A DNA stretch of 64,000 bases from Hyaloraphidium curvatum SAG 235-1 (lineage: Eukaryota; Fungi; Monoblepharomycota). This document shows positions 24,614-39,008 of the stretch, piece after piece. A program made the translations under genes and the position numbers. Within the stretch, counting starts at the first letter, position 1. Each line of letters starts with the position of its first letter. The notes beneath the pieces are model-generated. The model searched no databases. It was not told the origin of the DNA and saw only the letters and a list, made by a program, of their open reading frames with translations. The stretch is taken from assembly GCA_025558095.1 (NCBI GenBank), contig JAIVFI010000021.1, positions 496,001 to 560,000 on the forward strand, written 5' to 3'.

Positions 24614-25887
24614 ATGGGAATCCAACTCAAATGGATCTCGTTGCTGACCTTGGTGGTGCAAAACAGGTACAATTGGTCGCGCTCGGGCGAATGAAAATGG
24701 TTGCTAAGTGCCGGCGGGCCTCTGCCCTCAGCACTCTGGTTCTGGTCATGCGGTACTCGCGGATGATCCCGGGCCCGCGATACCTTGCTTCGACGGCCGT
24801 CGGTGAGTAAGAGTGTCCGCGAGATGCCGCAAGGAAGTAATGCCGTTTCTCAGTGCTCTCGGAAGTCACAAAGTTCCTCATCTCGCTCGCCATCTACGTC
24901 CGTGAAGAGCAGGATCAGCACAGGTTCTCGGTTCGCAAGCTCTACAACGACATCTTCGGGCCAGAGTCGGACTGGTACAAGCTTATGGTGCCCGCGATTC
25001 TCTACTTCATCCAGAACAACTTGCAGTACATAGCGGTGACGCTTCTGGATGCGGCCACTTTCCAGGTCACGTACCAGATGAAGGTGGGCCGGGCCGTTGC
25101 AGCTTGCTTGGACCTTTGGCTCAATCGAATGCTCGCAGATTCTCACAACCGCGCTCTTCACCGTGTTCATCCTCAATCGGAGTCTGTCGCGGCTGAAATG
25201 GATATCTCTCGTGTTCCTCACGGCCGGGATCGCGCTCGTACAGCTCCCCAGTGGCGCAGACGCCAAAGCGTCGGACCTCCAGGTCAGCGAGAAGCTGCTT
25301 GGTCTCCTTGCGGTCACGATCGCGTGCCTTTTGTCGGGTCTGGCCGGCGTTTACTTTGAGAAGATCCTCAAGGGCACATCGGCGTCTTTGTGGGTTCGCA
25401 ACGTCCAGCTAGCGCTGTTCTCTTTTGTGCCGGGATATTTGTTTGGCGTGCTGTGGATGGACGGAGATAGCGTGCGGGAGAACGGTTTCTTCCACGGCTA
25501 CAACGCATGGGCCTACGGCGCCATCGCTTGCCAGGCATTTGGGGGCCTCATTGTTGCTCTCGTAGTCAAGTACGCTGGTGGGTCCATTCGTCGACGCCTG
25601 ATTGGGACGTGCTCAGCAGCGTTCGTTCGGCAGACAACATCCTCAAGGGGTTCGCGACCTCGATCTCCATCATCCTCTCTTCCGTCGCCTCGGTGTTCCT
25701 CTTTGACTTCCACATAACCCTGACGTTCTTGCTCGGCTCATCGCTGGTCATTTATGCCACTTACCTCTACGGGCTGCCCGATCAACCGCAATCGGTGACG
25801 CCGAAAGAACTGCAGTACGTGAGGGTGGAAATGCGCCCAGAAGTAGAGGATCGCGAGGATGTCGAACACAAGGGGCTAAAGCATTAG
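24614..25887 (+). CDS. UDP-galactose / nucleotide-sugar transporter (SLC35A2, Gms1-like), multi-exon
   Basis: [88 protein letters not shown]. Confidence 0.93.
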
Positions 25888-26033
25888 ATTTCTGAAGCGC
25901 TTGGTGCGAGTTTTGACCGCGGTGGGAGATCAATCGGCGCCCGCAGACGACTGCTCCCGCGTGCGTCCATCTGTCAAAGCCTCTACTTCCGAATTCCTGA
26001 CGGCAGGTCCAATTGATCTTTCTCTAATCAAGG

Positions 26034-26627
26034 ATGATGCCGGGCCTGACGTGTGCACGCGCCCTCTCGGTCGCGTCCGCGAGTATTCGGCACTTTCGGA
26101 CATCTGCAGAGTGTCGTCGCCGCATCACGGACGCAGATGCGACACGACATGTCTTCAAACAAGGCTTAAGCCAACCGAAGTGGGATGCGGGTCGCGACCT
26201 GCCACTTCCACCTCGGCAGAGTGCCATCGGACCCGCCTTGCCGGCGAAAGACTCTTGGAGGACCGAAAGCTCTGTAGATGGCAAACGGCTGTGGTACGCC
26301 GTCACTTTGAAGCGCTCGAGCATCGGGATGCCGCAAAAGACAAAGGACCTGTTGCACAGTGACCTTGGCTTCAAACGCCGCTTGCGCACGGTGTTCTATC
26401 CTGCCTCGCCTTCCATCGCGGGGAAGATACTGAAAGTCAAGGAGCTCGTTCAAGTCGAAGTGCTCGAGAAACTCCCGTACGGAGCGCAAAAGACAAGTGG
26501 ACAGAAGCTGGGGCGCCACGAGGTGCCCAGGAAGCTCAGGAACGGCGGATCGCCATTTAGGGGGTTCATCGCTGAGGGATCAGTGCTTCCCTGGAGGGCG
26601 AATCGAATCAATGATGGCGTTGAATGA
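26034..26627 (+). CDS. Mitochondrial ribosomal protein uL30m (yeast MRPL33-like) with presequence
   Basis: YAVTLKRSSIGMPQKTKDLL..LGFKRRLRTVF...SIAGKILKVKELVQVE. Confidence 0.8.
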   Translation: MMPGLTCARALSVASASIRHFRTSAECRRRITDADATRHVFKQGLSQPKWDAGRDLPLPPRQSAIGPALPAKDSWRTESSVDGKRLWYAVTLKRSSIGMPQKTKDLLHSDLGFKRRLRTVFYPASPSIAGKILKVKELVQVEVLEKLPYGAQKTSGQKLGRHEVPRKLRNGGSPFRGFIAEGSVLPWRANRINDGVE

Positions 26628-26665
26628 TTTGAGTGTGTAGTGAAGAAGCAGGTATAGAATCGAGG

Positions 26666-27694
26666 TCAACGGCGCGCAAACTTGGAAGTCAATCTCGGTG
26701 GCGCGCTGAAGCCACCTACGGCCTTCGATGATGGGGATTATGTTAAGAGAAGGTGTAACCGCCGCAGGAGAACAGCGATTCTCACCCTCCGCAGCACGTT
26801 CAAGTCCTCGTGGATCTCGGAATCCTTCAGCAAGTACGGGCACTGGGGACCCTGCTGCTGCTTCCGCCTTCGCTCCTTCCTTTCCTCTCCGACGCCCTTT
26901 GTCATGGGATTCCGCCTCGTCGCACGCGCCTTCTGGTCCATCGCGCCGTCCGCAGTGACTTGGAGGAAACGAGGGGGGCGGGGTCGGGGAAGCAGGTTAA
27001 GCGAGAACGCGGCACAGTTGGCAGCGGAGCGACTGACCAGCCATGACGTCGAAGTTCTCGCGCTCCTCTCGCAACTTTCTCCTCTTGTTTTCCAGGTCCA
27101 ACAGCATCTTCTCCTTGAGGCCCTGCTTCTCGTTCTGGACCCCGTTTTGCCGTGAGCCTGCGAGGTCGCGGGGGTTGCCTCAGGACTCACGTGGTAGTCC
27201 TCCTGTGCGCTTGCTTTCTCGGCCTCATACAGCACCGTAGCGCAGTGAAGTTGGTAATCCCGGAAGAGCTCGGCCTGTCTAATGAGCTCATCGCGTTCTT
27301 CAATGAGCTGCTTCATCTTCTCCCTGAAATCAGGATGCGATCCTGCCAAAGGTGTCAACGGTGGGCGTCGGCAGCTCGCTGCGTATTGCCGAACCATCCT
27401 GAAGGTCCTTGATTTCTCGTTTGAACCCGGCCAGCTTCTCCAGAAAGATCCTACCACGGGCACGACAGCAACGAGCGTGAATGGCGACCGATGAGCGGGG
27501 AAACAGCCTCCTCACTTCTCCTTGTTCTCCGCGAAGTCCCGCTGTAATCGCTCCAGGCGCTCGAGCAGGTCCTGCCGGCGCTTCTCCTTCTTGGAGAGCT
27601 CCACGGGGGCCGAAAACCGGTCCTCTTCTGCAATCGCGTTAGCTTGGCGATGTTGAAACAAAGTAGGCCGCGCACCGAGGTAGCCGTCCTCCAT
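26666..27694 (-). CDS. Sds3-like subunit of the Sin3/Rpd3L HDAC complex, multi-exon
   Basis: KEKRRQDLLERLERLQRDFAENKEK|IFLEKL...LQDG.HPDF...LIEERDELIRQAELFRDYQL; C-terminal YLLKDSEIHEDL. Confidence 0.8.
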
Positions 27695-27783
27695 CTCCGG
27701 GGGCGTTATGGAGGTCCTGTCCTCCGTGATCGGTTATTGGCCTGGTTAATTGGCGCGCCTTGATCGTTCGGCATGCGGCCCCC

Positions 27784-28620
27784 ATGCACAGATTCGACGG
27801 ACGCAGCGATGGCCAGATCAGGGAAATGGCGGCCGAAATCGGCCCATTGCCGTCCTCGGACGGATCAGCACGCTTCAGTTTTGGTGCGCTGGTCTGATGC
27901 CGGGCACTGCGCGAATCCGCCGACCAGACGTCGTTCGAGCAGGGGAGACCTCTGTTGTCTGCGCTTTCTATGGGCCCAAGGAAGCGAGATTGCGGGACGA
28001 GCTTTACGACGAAGCCGTCGTCGAGCTATCCTTGACCCGTCCCAAGGAGGGCACGGGTACGCGTCCGCCACGCGCAAACGGTCTCTTCGCTTACCTCCGT
28101 CTTAGGTCCAAGATACCGCGAGGACGAGATTTCCATCAAAGAGATAGCCCTTTCTTCGATGCTGTCGGAAATGCATCAAGGGGCGGCGTTTAAAATGGCC
28201 ATGAACGTCGCAAGTGACCACGGATCGGTGCGTTCACCAGCGGCCCACGTTGGAATGTTGACGAGCGTCTGTCTTGTCTAGAGCTTTTCGGCGGCCATCA
28301 ATGCGGCATCGCTCGCACTTTTGGACTCCTGTGTTCCGACCCGCAATCTTTGTGTGTCGGCAACGTGCGCCGTGGCTGCCAGCGGCGCACTGATGCTCGA
28401 CCCTACGGACGTGGAGGCGGAAGCAGCCGCCTCTTTGCATTCCTTCGTCTTCCATGGCCCGGACAATGTCGGTTTGGTGGCCAGCCGGTCGACAGGGACG
28501 TTCACGGAGGACGAATTCAACGCCGGCCTGGACCTTTGCCGCGCTGCCGCAGCAAAGATTCACGCATTCATGTCGCTTAGCATCCGGAACGCCGTAGAAC
28601 GCGAGCGGGACGGCTCCTGA
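27784..28620 (+). CDS. RRP46: Exosome RNase PH-like subunit Rrp46, multi-exon
   Basis: RFDGRSDGQIREM...DGSARFSF|GETSVVCAFYGPKEARLRDE; AAINAASLALLDSCVP; LMLDPTDVE. Confidence 0.85.
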
Positions 28621-29023
28621 TCGCCAGTCAGACTTGGTGATCGCTTCCGACCCGGACGCCGTGGAACCAGGCGCGTCAGGCCGCAGGCCATAGATGGCCA
28701 ATACCAAAAGCAGAGCAGGCAACCTCGAGCGTGGATGCAGCTCCGGCCCCGCTTCTAAGGTAATCCGTTCTCTGGTATTGCTTCATATGAGGGTCCGTCA
28801 GCTTAGACACCGTAAACAGGTACAGCGCCTTCGGAGGGTGGAGAATGACGAACAATAGAAACTAATTGACAGCTGTAGTCCTCGTCGATTTGTCCCTCCA
28901 GCGTGTGCGCCCACTGGTTCAGTTCACGCACTTTGTGGGCTAGGTATTAGGTTTGAATAACACTCGGAAACGCGCGCGAACTCCCTTGCACCACCACCAG
29001 GACCACACGCATCGCCTCGCGAA

Positions 29024-29767
29024 ATGGTAGCGTATCTCGGCTGGATTGGGCCTGAGAACGAGCTGGGAGGGAAGCGGTCTGGTTGCGGCTGCTGCTGGGC
29101 GTCGTCTTGCCGGGGGCGGTCCCCGAACTCCGTGGGCTGCTTAGGGAGAGCGACGTCGGGCTCGCCGGTGCCGCAGTTGTGGGGGAGCGCCCCTTGCCGT
29201 GCTCGCGCCGTACCGCCGATGGGGTGCTGGTGGTTCACTGGAGGGTGTTGACGTGGTCTGCGCGTCCCTGGAGCCAACGCGGGCGGATCTCCCTCGGGTG
29301 CGGCGCAGAGTTCCCCGCGCGGGTAGCCCGGGGATCCTGCCATCGAGTGAGCGCCGATGGACCATCTTCATTCGACGACTGGGCCGTTTTGCTGTCGGAG
29401 CGGAGGGTGCGCGGGAGCCGTGGCTCACACTTTGGCTCCCACAACAGGGCAAAGTCCACGGCTCTCTGGCTCGTGCCGGCAAAGTGAAGGGCCAAACGCC
29501 CAAAGTGGAACCGGCGGAGAAGAAGAAGCAACCTCGGGGTGAATCTCTGTGGTGATCGGGCGACAAGGCCGCAGGGTTGCTGACGCAGTGGCGCACAGGG
29601 CGGGCAAAGAAGCGGATGCAGTACAACCGAAGATTCGTGAATGCGGTGGCCGGCTTCGGCAAGCGGAAGATGAACCCGGCACCGATGGTTTGTTTTGCCC
29701 GATAACAAACGGCATCGTGGAACTGACACGGAACTCGTTGCAGGGCAAGACGTCCGCCGCGCCTTGA
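29024..29767 (+). CDS. RPS30: 40S ribosomal protein eS30; first exon probably ATG only
   Basis: [31 protein letters not shown]|[14 protein letters not shown]. The start is inferred at ATG 29024, followed by a GT donor. Confidence 0.9.
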
Positions 29768-29950
29768 GCTTGTAATGATCCAGCACAACTGTACAATACA
29801 GTAGGACTCTGCGCATTCATTGCCATTACAGTACGATGTCGGCGCCAGAGCGACGCTCAAGCCACCTTGCAGCATTCACCTTGCTCAAGATTCTCCCTTC
29901 CCGCGTCCCCGGCGTCCCGTGCGCCGTCCGAAAGAATAGCTGTGTCGTAG

Positions 29951-30639
29951 CTAAACTGGCAGCTTCGCTTTGCCGGCAATTCTGTCGACGATCGGGGCTA
30001 CGAATGGCAGACTGAGGAACGTGCCGATGACGGGTAATCGTCGGCTGCGAGATCAGGTGGTCAGAGCAAACCAGTGCCTGAGCGGGCTTCGATGACCTAC
30101 AGGAAGCTAACAATAACTGGGAAGAAATCGCTGGCCAATTGGGCGTCAGATTTGCACGATCCGACTCATTCCTCGTGACCCACCCAAAGAGGTTCACGAA
30201 TCCGACGGTCTCCACGAGCATGCCGATGAAGGGCCACTTCAGGAAAACCAGAATGATGCCGAGGAAGAAGAAGACGGTCCCGCGAAGCTTCTCTCTTCTT
30301 TGAAAGAAGAAACGGACGGTGCTGGCCACGCCAATGACAAGGGTCACGCCGGCCAGAAACAGAATCTGATAGCGGAAGGCAGCAAGGGGAGGCAAGCCCC
30401 ATTGCAAAAGCTTACTCGTCCGAATGCCGTGGTCTCCCCGAGAACGCTCACGTTGCCGATCCCGAGAAGGCCGCCGTCAAAGAACATTAACATTCCAAGC
30501 AGCATGAAAAAGACCCCAAACGCCGTCAAGCCGACCCCAATCTCTGTGTCGTTGCCGAACGTCAGCGCGCGCTGTCTATCCCCACAGCCGGAGTAGAGCA
30601 CCCGCTTTGCGTTTCTGTAAGCCATGAGGAAGAAGACAT
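29951..30639 (-). CDS. GOT1: Vesicle transport protein Got1, multi-exon
   Basis: WLTETQ|KIGVGLTAFGVFFMLLGMLMFFDGGLLGIGN|ILFLAGVTLVIG...KLRGTVFFFLGI..WPFIGM...NLFG. Confidence 0.93.
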
Positions 30640-30834
30640 CGTGCGCCCTTTGAAACTTCCTCGTACGGCGTCGATGTTCGCAGTGATATGTAGCGGTGCC
30701 TCGGTATGGGTTACGCGCGAGATCCGGGCGGACGGGCAGAGCAGGTTGAGGTGTGACGACGGAGCCGTCGCGCGGCCGCGCGCGTGCGCGCTGCCCGACC
30801 TGTGCCGCGACCTCCTCACACGCGTGGCGGGAAG

Positions 30835-31633
<799 letters not shown>

Positions 31634-32603
31634 TCGCATTCGCTACCGCGTTGCTTCGCTGCCAGCGAGCGAACCCGCCCGTGAACCAAGTTTGACGGCG
31701 AACTGCGGCCCCTAGGCGGAGTTTCGCTGAGGGATGAATGCTGTGAGGAAACATTGAGCACGATATACAGCTGTCTTCTCAACCGAGCCGCTGGCGACAC
31801 ATACCGGTCACCATGAAGACGATGCCGAGCGCACCGGCGAACGAGGCCGTAAGGATGAACAGCCACCAGCTGCTCTCTGCAGTCAGTCCACCCAGAACAA
31901 TATAGCTTATGCCCCTGCCCGCGTTCGTGAACAGGAACTTTGCGTACTGCGGAACAGTCGATCAGTGCTACGGGGGTCGCGTCCGCAGGTTTCCCCACTT
32001 CCTCCACGGCCGAAGGGACATAGAATTCAACAACAAGGAGCAAAAGCGAGAAGCAGCTGCCAGCGAAATCAAATTGGCCGTCATCATCGGCCACGAAGAG
32101 AGCTAAGAGGTCAATTGTCCTGAAGGTCGCCTAGCGTAGACCAACATGACATAAATCCCGGCAATGACGCTGGCTGGCGTCGTATGGAGGTATAGGAGCC
32201 CTCCTCCACCGGCCACGAGCAGGAGGGAGCAAATAATGCTAAGGAGCTTCCAGATGGCCTTCGCAGGATCCATTTCTCGGGGCGAGCGACCTCCAAGGTA
32301 TCGTCCAGTCAGATTTGAGCACCGAAATCAGTTGCTGACTGCGGAGAGGACCTGCGCGGCGCTTCGCGCCGGATTGTCAAGGGCGGCGCGCACAGCGGCT
32401 GCTCCTGCACGCGACAACAACTTCAACCGCACACCGGACCAACCTTCGGAGCACCTTCGGTGAGCCATATGCCTCCATCGCGGTCGTTCCTTGTGCTAAT
32501 AAGATGGCTTTGGCCGTTCGCTGTGACCCGTCGGTCACGATTCCCCCCTCCATGATCGTGCGCCACTCGTGCTTCTGCTCGGACGCGGACCCACCAGAAC
32601 AAG

Positions 32604-32917
32604 ATGGCGCTTCACTGGGGTAAACTGCCCGGCCTGCCGCAGATGGGCATATGGTTAGTTTTGCCCCTATCCGAGAACCCTTGAGCTTGCGAAACAGTCT
32701 TGAACTGATTTCGCCACTGTCTAGGACGTACGCTCTTTCTCCGATGCGCCAGCGCGTTACTGCAGGCCTGTTCAGCAAGTCACTGTTCAATGCCTACCGG
32801 CGCACGCTCTCTGCGGCGCCGTATGTCGTGCCGCCCCTTCTCCTCGGGATGTACGCGCACGATTGGGCCAACGCGAAGTACGAGGAGATAATCCGGGCAG
32901 GCGTGTCGGAGGAGTGA
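32604..32917 (+). CDS. QCR8: Cytochrome bc1 complex subunit 8; one intron
   Basis: MALHWGKLPGLPQMGI|TYALSPMRQR..AGLFSKSLFNAYRRT...YVVPP...DWA. Confidence 0.85.
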
Positions 32918-33040
32918 AGAAGGACATTTTGCTCTGCGGCTCGCAACGAGGGACCAGAAAATGGAGAGGCGACGTCGGCTAACGGACTACATGCCGAACG
33001 CCATTGTATTGACATCCAAAGGACATCCAAAGAACCGTGT

Positions 33041-36000
33041 CTAGAGAGCCTGCGCCTCAGCGCGTTGCAGGGTGTTCAACGTTGAAGGCCACGCGACGCC
33101 CCCTTCTCCGTCGGGATCCCCGCTTTTGTCGAAAGCGTATCCGGAATATTTCTCGGATGTGCGGCTCAGGGTGGAGTAGACGCTCATGCGTCGAGCCAGA
33201 GATGAGCTCGAAGGCTGTCCAGTGTCCGCGGGGCCGGCAGCGTTTGAAGACTCCGCGTACGTGACGTGAGGCGAGGAGGAGCGAAGAATGTCCGCAGATC
33301 TTCGCTCCCCGGTCGTGCCTAGAAGAACGGCATCCGCCTCTCCAATGCCCCCGCCGGCCAGCGCCGAATCCCGGGGCGGGGAAAGATGAAGTACGGAAAT
33401 TTCGCGGGTAATGTCCAAATCCGTCGGGTAGTACGTGCGACGGAAGAGCTTGACAATGGTCCCGGGTCCGAGGCAGCATACGATCGCAAGAAACAAGCCT
33501 GCCCAAAAGCTCAGGTTCCCGAAAATGACTCGCCAGTAACCGTACAAGTCCACCGAGGGTATGGAACCGTACACCATGAGGTACACGTAAACCGAGAGCA
33601 CTTCCAGCGTGATCACGACCCACGCCACCCAGGTCCAATTAAGGATATTGAACGCGACCGTGAGGTTCGAAACTGTGATGGCGTAGCAGGCAATGACAGC
33701 TCCAAGAAAGAGCTTGTCATCCAGGGAATACCCGGTCGGCCAAGCCACATTCTGACCGAACACTGCAAACGTGACAAAGAAGACAAAGACTGACTGAACC
33801 AGGCCGTCGAACACGAACAGCAAGCTGCAACAAGATAAGCGCGTGTAAGCACGAGATCGCGAACCCCTGCAGCAACCTACAATCTCTCCACTGTGAAGAG
33901 TTCTTGGCGAATGCCGGTCAGATATATCTGCGGCACTTCGATGGAAACCTTCGCGCTGACATCCTGTTCGAAGATGCCTGGCAAGAGCGTCAGTGCTGCT
34001 GACATGTACGGCAAGCGTCACCTCACCGATCACAAGGACGGGGAGAGAGGTGAAAATCAAGTTGAAGAACAGGATGAAAGTGTACTCGAAGAGCACGTCG
34101 GTAGAAAACCTGCACAGTTGCATGAGAGGTGGCGCGCGAAAACAATGGGTGATCCCACCCTGTGAAGCACTGGTACCAAAACAGGGAAAAGACCCAGACG
34201 ATGCTCTTGTAAAAGAAGTTGAGAATCATTTCGGCGCATCGCATGTACGACCATCGTCCGTGGACCAGCACAAGTTTGGCGAGGAACCTGAACTGTCCGA
34301 TGACGTAGTCACTTGCCATGGCGGCCTGCAGACCCTCTGCTCCGGCGATTCCGACACCGACGTTGGCCTCCTGGATCATACCGACATCGTTGGCACCGTC
34401 CCCAATCGCAAGGCACATGCATTTCAGATGCTTCTTTGCCAGCCGGACCACCAAGGCTTTCTGCTTCGGCGTCACCCGACAGCAAATCACCGATCGACAT
34501 TGCAGAGCAACCGCCAGCAGCTCCGACGACCCCTCCTCGGTCTCGAACGCGTGCTTCATGGTTTCGCCGTCGATAACGAGGCCAAAATGCGGAGTCAATT
34601 GCGACATGTCCCCCGGAGCTTGCCGACCAGAGGCTTGGCGAGATAACGTCCCTGGTCGATTAGACGGGGTTGTTGTGAGGACATCCGCGCCACGCAAAGC
34701 CGCGACCCGCTGACTGGCTGCAACCAACTGCTGGTGGGCGTCGCTCGCATTTCCGGCGTCGCGCACAACAATGAGCTCCATGTGCGCTTCCAGGAGATTG
34801 CAAGAGTAGCCGATGTTGATCGCCGTCTCCAGCTTGTCCCCGGTCAAAACCCAGATCTTAATCCCCGCTTCCCGCAGCAGACCAATGCATTCGGGCACGG
34901 CATCTTGCAGCCGATCCTCGATGGCGGTCGTGCCCAGCAACGTGAGGTCCCGCTCGATCGAGTCGTAGCACGCTTCCAAAAGCGCCTCCCGCCCACTGAG
35001 CGCGCTCGCCGCCGCGTCGTAGTCTCTTCGCCAAGCTTTGTACTCGGGGTCCGGGATGGCCCTTTGCGCGAGACACAAGGTTCGTAGTCCCTCTTCCGCA
35101 AACGTCTCCAAGTTGTCCTTAGTCTGCTGCTTCAGCACTTCATCACCGGCTTTCAGGCGTGGAAGGATGATCGAATCAGCCCCTTTGGTCAGGAGCAGCA
35201 CCTCGTCCTTGTCACCGTCGCCGCGAACAATGATGCTCATCCTCTTCCGCGCGCTGTTGAATTCCAAGACCTGAAGAAGCGAGTAGACCTCTTCATGCCC
35301 GCGCACCGAAAGGGTTATCGACCTCTGCGTCCGTTCCTTCAACACGTAGCCTGCGTCTCTCGCCGACAATACCAGTGCCTGCTCATCTGGACTCTCGGCG
35401 TTGTAATGCACTTCCCCGGTTTTCGCATCCACCGACGTTGCAACAGTGTGACATAAGGCGAGGCAACGAAAGAACATGTGAGTGGCCTCGACATGCTCTG
35501 TTTCGCCGGACAAATCTTTGCGCAGATCCTGTCCGGGCATCAGCTTTCCGCGATTCTCTCGTTGCGCAGCGACTCACGAATGCGCCATAAACGGTTCCCA
35601 AAATATCACACTTCCGAAACTCCATCTTGTTCATGGTCAGCGTACCCGTCTTGTCGGAGAAGATGTACGCGATCTGGCCCAGATCGTCTGCGATCGACCA
35701 GTTCTTCGGCACACATGGTTGGTCGTTCTCCGGGTAGTAAATGTCGATGTCGACGAAGATGAAATACGCCTGAAGCGGGATGAGTGGCGTCGTTGTAGCG
35801 CGGCCCAAGATCGAGCATACCTGAAGAATCTTGGCAATCTCGATGGTCACATACAGCGATATGGGGATCAGATTCTGGAAAAGGATCATTGATGACCAAA
35901 AAGTGATGAACCCGTATCCGGCACTGGCTTGATAATCCTGGTTGAACCACGGGGCCAGAAAGTCCTCCCAACGCTGACTGTAGATCATGTGTGCGATTGT

Positions 36001-37583
36001 CACGCCCAAGCAGAGCAAAACCAGAATCCCAAAGGTGAGAAGGACCTGGATGTTCATCTTCCGCTCGATGCGCGACCTTTTGTGGGGCGTGGCACCGGCA
36101 TTCAGGAGGATTTTCGTTTCCTTTCCCGTGTAAGCCACAAGGCCGACGACCCATTCCGTGTTGCGCAGAACGGAGCCACGCAACATCAAGTTGCTTATGT
36201 TCAAGGGAATCGGTCGGTGGAGTTCCTCAATCAAGGGAACATCGCGAATGGGAGCGGCCGCCGAAGATTGCCCATGCACGGTCCGCGAGCGTAAGTCCGA
36301 AACAGCTGCTGCGCCAACTCCCTCGGACGCGTGCTCCGGCAGAGGTACGCCGCGCGGAATAGAGCTTGTTTCCGCGCCCTTGGCGCCCGTGTCAACGGCG
36401 GGATCGGCCAAAGGCGACCTATCCAATGAGTTCAATCCGTCGCCTACCGCGGCGGCGGCGGTTGGAATCATTATTACTCCAGAGTAGGTATAGAGATTCA
36501 GGTTCGGTCCCTCGGAGTCAAGCCAGAATCTAGCGCCCCTGCACGAGTAGGCACTGTCGAGAAACCGTAGATCCACAGGCCCGACCTTTGACTTCAAGTT
36601 CGTCTCGCCGTCGAGGTTCTTTGTCTCCACGTAAGCCAGGTTATCCGGATCCGACGTGCTCAGAACCACCACATCGGCCGGGATCAGGTCGTTTTTCCTC
36701 AAAAAGACGAAATCCCCGACACGGAGGTCGGACCAAGTCACGACCGGCCATTCCTCTTCGTACGCTTCAGGTTTCGAAAAGGAACTAGGCGCATCCGCCA
36801 CGGCGTACCCATGGTTCTCCCGTAGCAGCTCATCTTGGCGGGCAAGGACTTTGGCTCTGCGGCGCTGCATGTGGGGCCTCAGGCACGACTCACAGCAAGG
36901 CAGCACCGCCAGCAGGTTGTCGATGGTCTTCCAGAACAAGGTACCATCAAAGCACCGCCGACGGTCGTCCAGCTCCTCGGCGAGGTAGTTCACGTTGTGA
37001 TGCCGGGCCAGACGTCGCGTCAAGCTGTTGTTGAGCTCCTTGTCCGACTTGTGGCGCTTGTAGTCCTCCCATCCGTCCTTCAAGGCCGTCAGCGTGAGCA
37101 CTATGACCAGGGGCACGAAGGGCATGAACGCGTTGGTGACCTGGAAGACTGGGAACACCTGGGACACCGCCATGGCCAGGAAGAACACTGGACGGCGCGT
37201 CAAATCGTCGGCTTTCCGACGGAGAACCGCGAGACTTACCGTTCGCAATGCGATGGAACTGTTCCCAGAGGTTCTTGGGTAGGAAGGTGATGATGGAATA
37301 TCTGCCAGCGAGTTCCCAGTTTAGGCACGTCATTCAGTAGCGGTCCAGGCACTCACTTGGCTGTGGAGACCTCGTTGCTCGGGAATTGCACGGAGGGGAA
37401 GCCAGCAGCATCGAGAAACGAATCAGGCTGAGGGAGATTGACAAAGATCCGACGACGGGGTGGCACAGACACCGGCTGAAGCGAAGACACCGTCGCATGA
37501 AGCCCCGAGGACCCCTTAGTCCCGTTCGCGGCGTTCCCATCCCCAAACGTCCCGGACCACCATGAACGCAGTTTGCCAGACAT
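33041..37583 (-). CDS. P4-type ATPase phospholipid flippase (Dnf1/Dnf2-like), multi-exon
   Basis: YSIITFLPKNLWEQF, ETKNLDGETNLK, PISLYVTIE, IFSDKTGTLTMNKM, LEFNSARKRMS, GLRTL, WVLTGDKLETA, CCRVTPKQK, AIGDGANDV. Confidence 0.96.
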
Positions 37584-39008
37584 GTCAAACGTCAGCTCCC
37601 ATTCGGTGCGGGTGAGGTTGAGGCTGGGAGACGCCGGGGTCCCAGCGCAAGATTCTCCGCGGAAAAGCGGCCCAAGCCACGGGACCCAGCGGAGGCTCAC
37701 GTTCTAGATCGTTTTTACGCCGAGGCGGGGCGGATCAGCCCGCCCGCGGCGCACCTCGCGGCAGTTTTGTTCCGGGCGGAACTAATAGGCCGGCGTGGGT
37801 ATCAGGCCGTCGGCACGCAATGCTCGCGTGTGGAGGCAGGTCCTGACGCGTGGTTCGGCGCGTTCGGCCGCCGCCGAGATGCCTGGCCCGCTGTAGCAGA
37901 GGCGGCCTGTACCGGGCCTGCGTGCGGAGTTGCCGGGCGCGATCGATGGGGGCCAAGGGTCGGAACGATCATCATTCATGGTCATTGGCTCCCTTTATTC
38001 TTTCTCCAACTTTACCCCTCGAACTCGTTCTCCTACACCCTTTCGGAAACCAAAGACTTGTACTACATCTATTGCTTGATTTGTGGAAACAGCGATGAGG
38101 ATAAAACCGTTGGGCCGGCAGTGGTTCCTCGTATCGATCAGCCTCGCTGAGGCGTCTTGTTAGTCCCAGGGGCGAATGATGATACTTTGATCCATTCTGT
38201 CGAGGACACGAAGGTGCTGCCGCAACAGGTTATGCGGTACGGAGTCGCGAGATCAGTCTGCAGTAGTCGCACCCGCTCGACGCTGAATGTCGCCCGTACG
38301 CATGTAACGATCGCACCTCTCGTTAGAGCCACCTTGATCGGCATGTCGATCTTGATCGGGTGTCCTGTCAATGAAGGTTGTTGTGCGAGCAGGCAGGCTC
38401 TTGGCCAGATCTTGGCCGACGAAGGCCTGGCCGGCCCCCCTGACCGCGTTGGAACGCTCATTCGATTTCATCTTTCTTCTATTGCTTTCCAGTGGTGATT
38501 CGCTGGCCAGCGCGACGTTGTCCGGAAATGGAGGTTGGCGAGCAGCTTTTCAAACCAAGCCCGTGGAAGTTCCAGATCTAGTCCCCAGTGCGCCGCTGCC
38601 CCTCAGGTTGCTGACTCCGAGGTAGCCGTCCGCGCGAAAGGTTCAGGCGGGGCATGGGTGCGACGAACACGCGACTCGACACGGTGCTTGAGGTGGTGCT
38701 TTGTGGCGATAGCTTCGCCTCATTCTCCCTCCTCCTCGGCGCATGCTTGGCGTTTGGAGGTCTTCAGATCTTTGAAAGGCAAGGTTCTGAACGACGGAGG
38801 CGGTTGGGGAGGGCAGAAGCGCCGGGCGCCCGACAGCTTGAGGTCCGCGTCGAGCCGATGTCCCTGCTGCCTCCTCTTCCTGCATCGCACCTCCTAGCGT
38901 TCGGGAGGTTTCGTAACCTCCCGAACTCTGATTCTGAGCTCTGAGGAGGGGCTGAAGAGGACAGGAAGAGCCCGGAGAACGGTTTTGTTTGGTTACTAGT
39001 CAGAGCTA

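Noticed and set aside
28680-29343. Minus-strand gene between RRP46 and RPS30
   Set aside because: Only low-complexity ORFs, largely antisense to the inferred RPS30 intron; no family signal.
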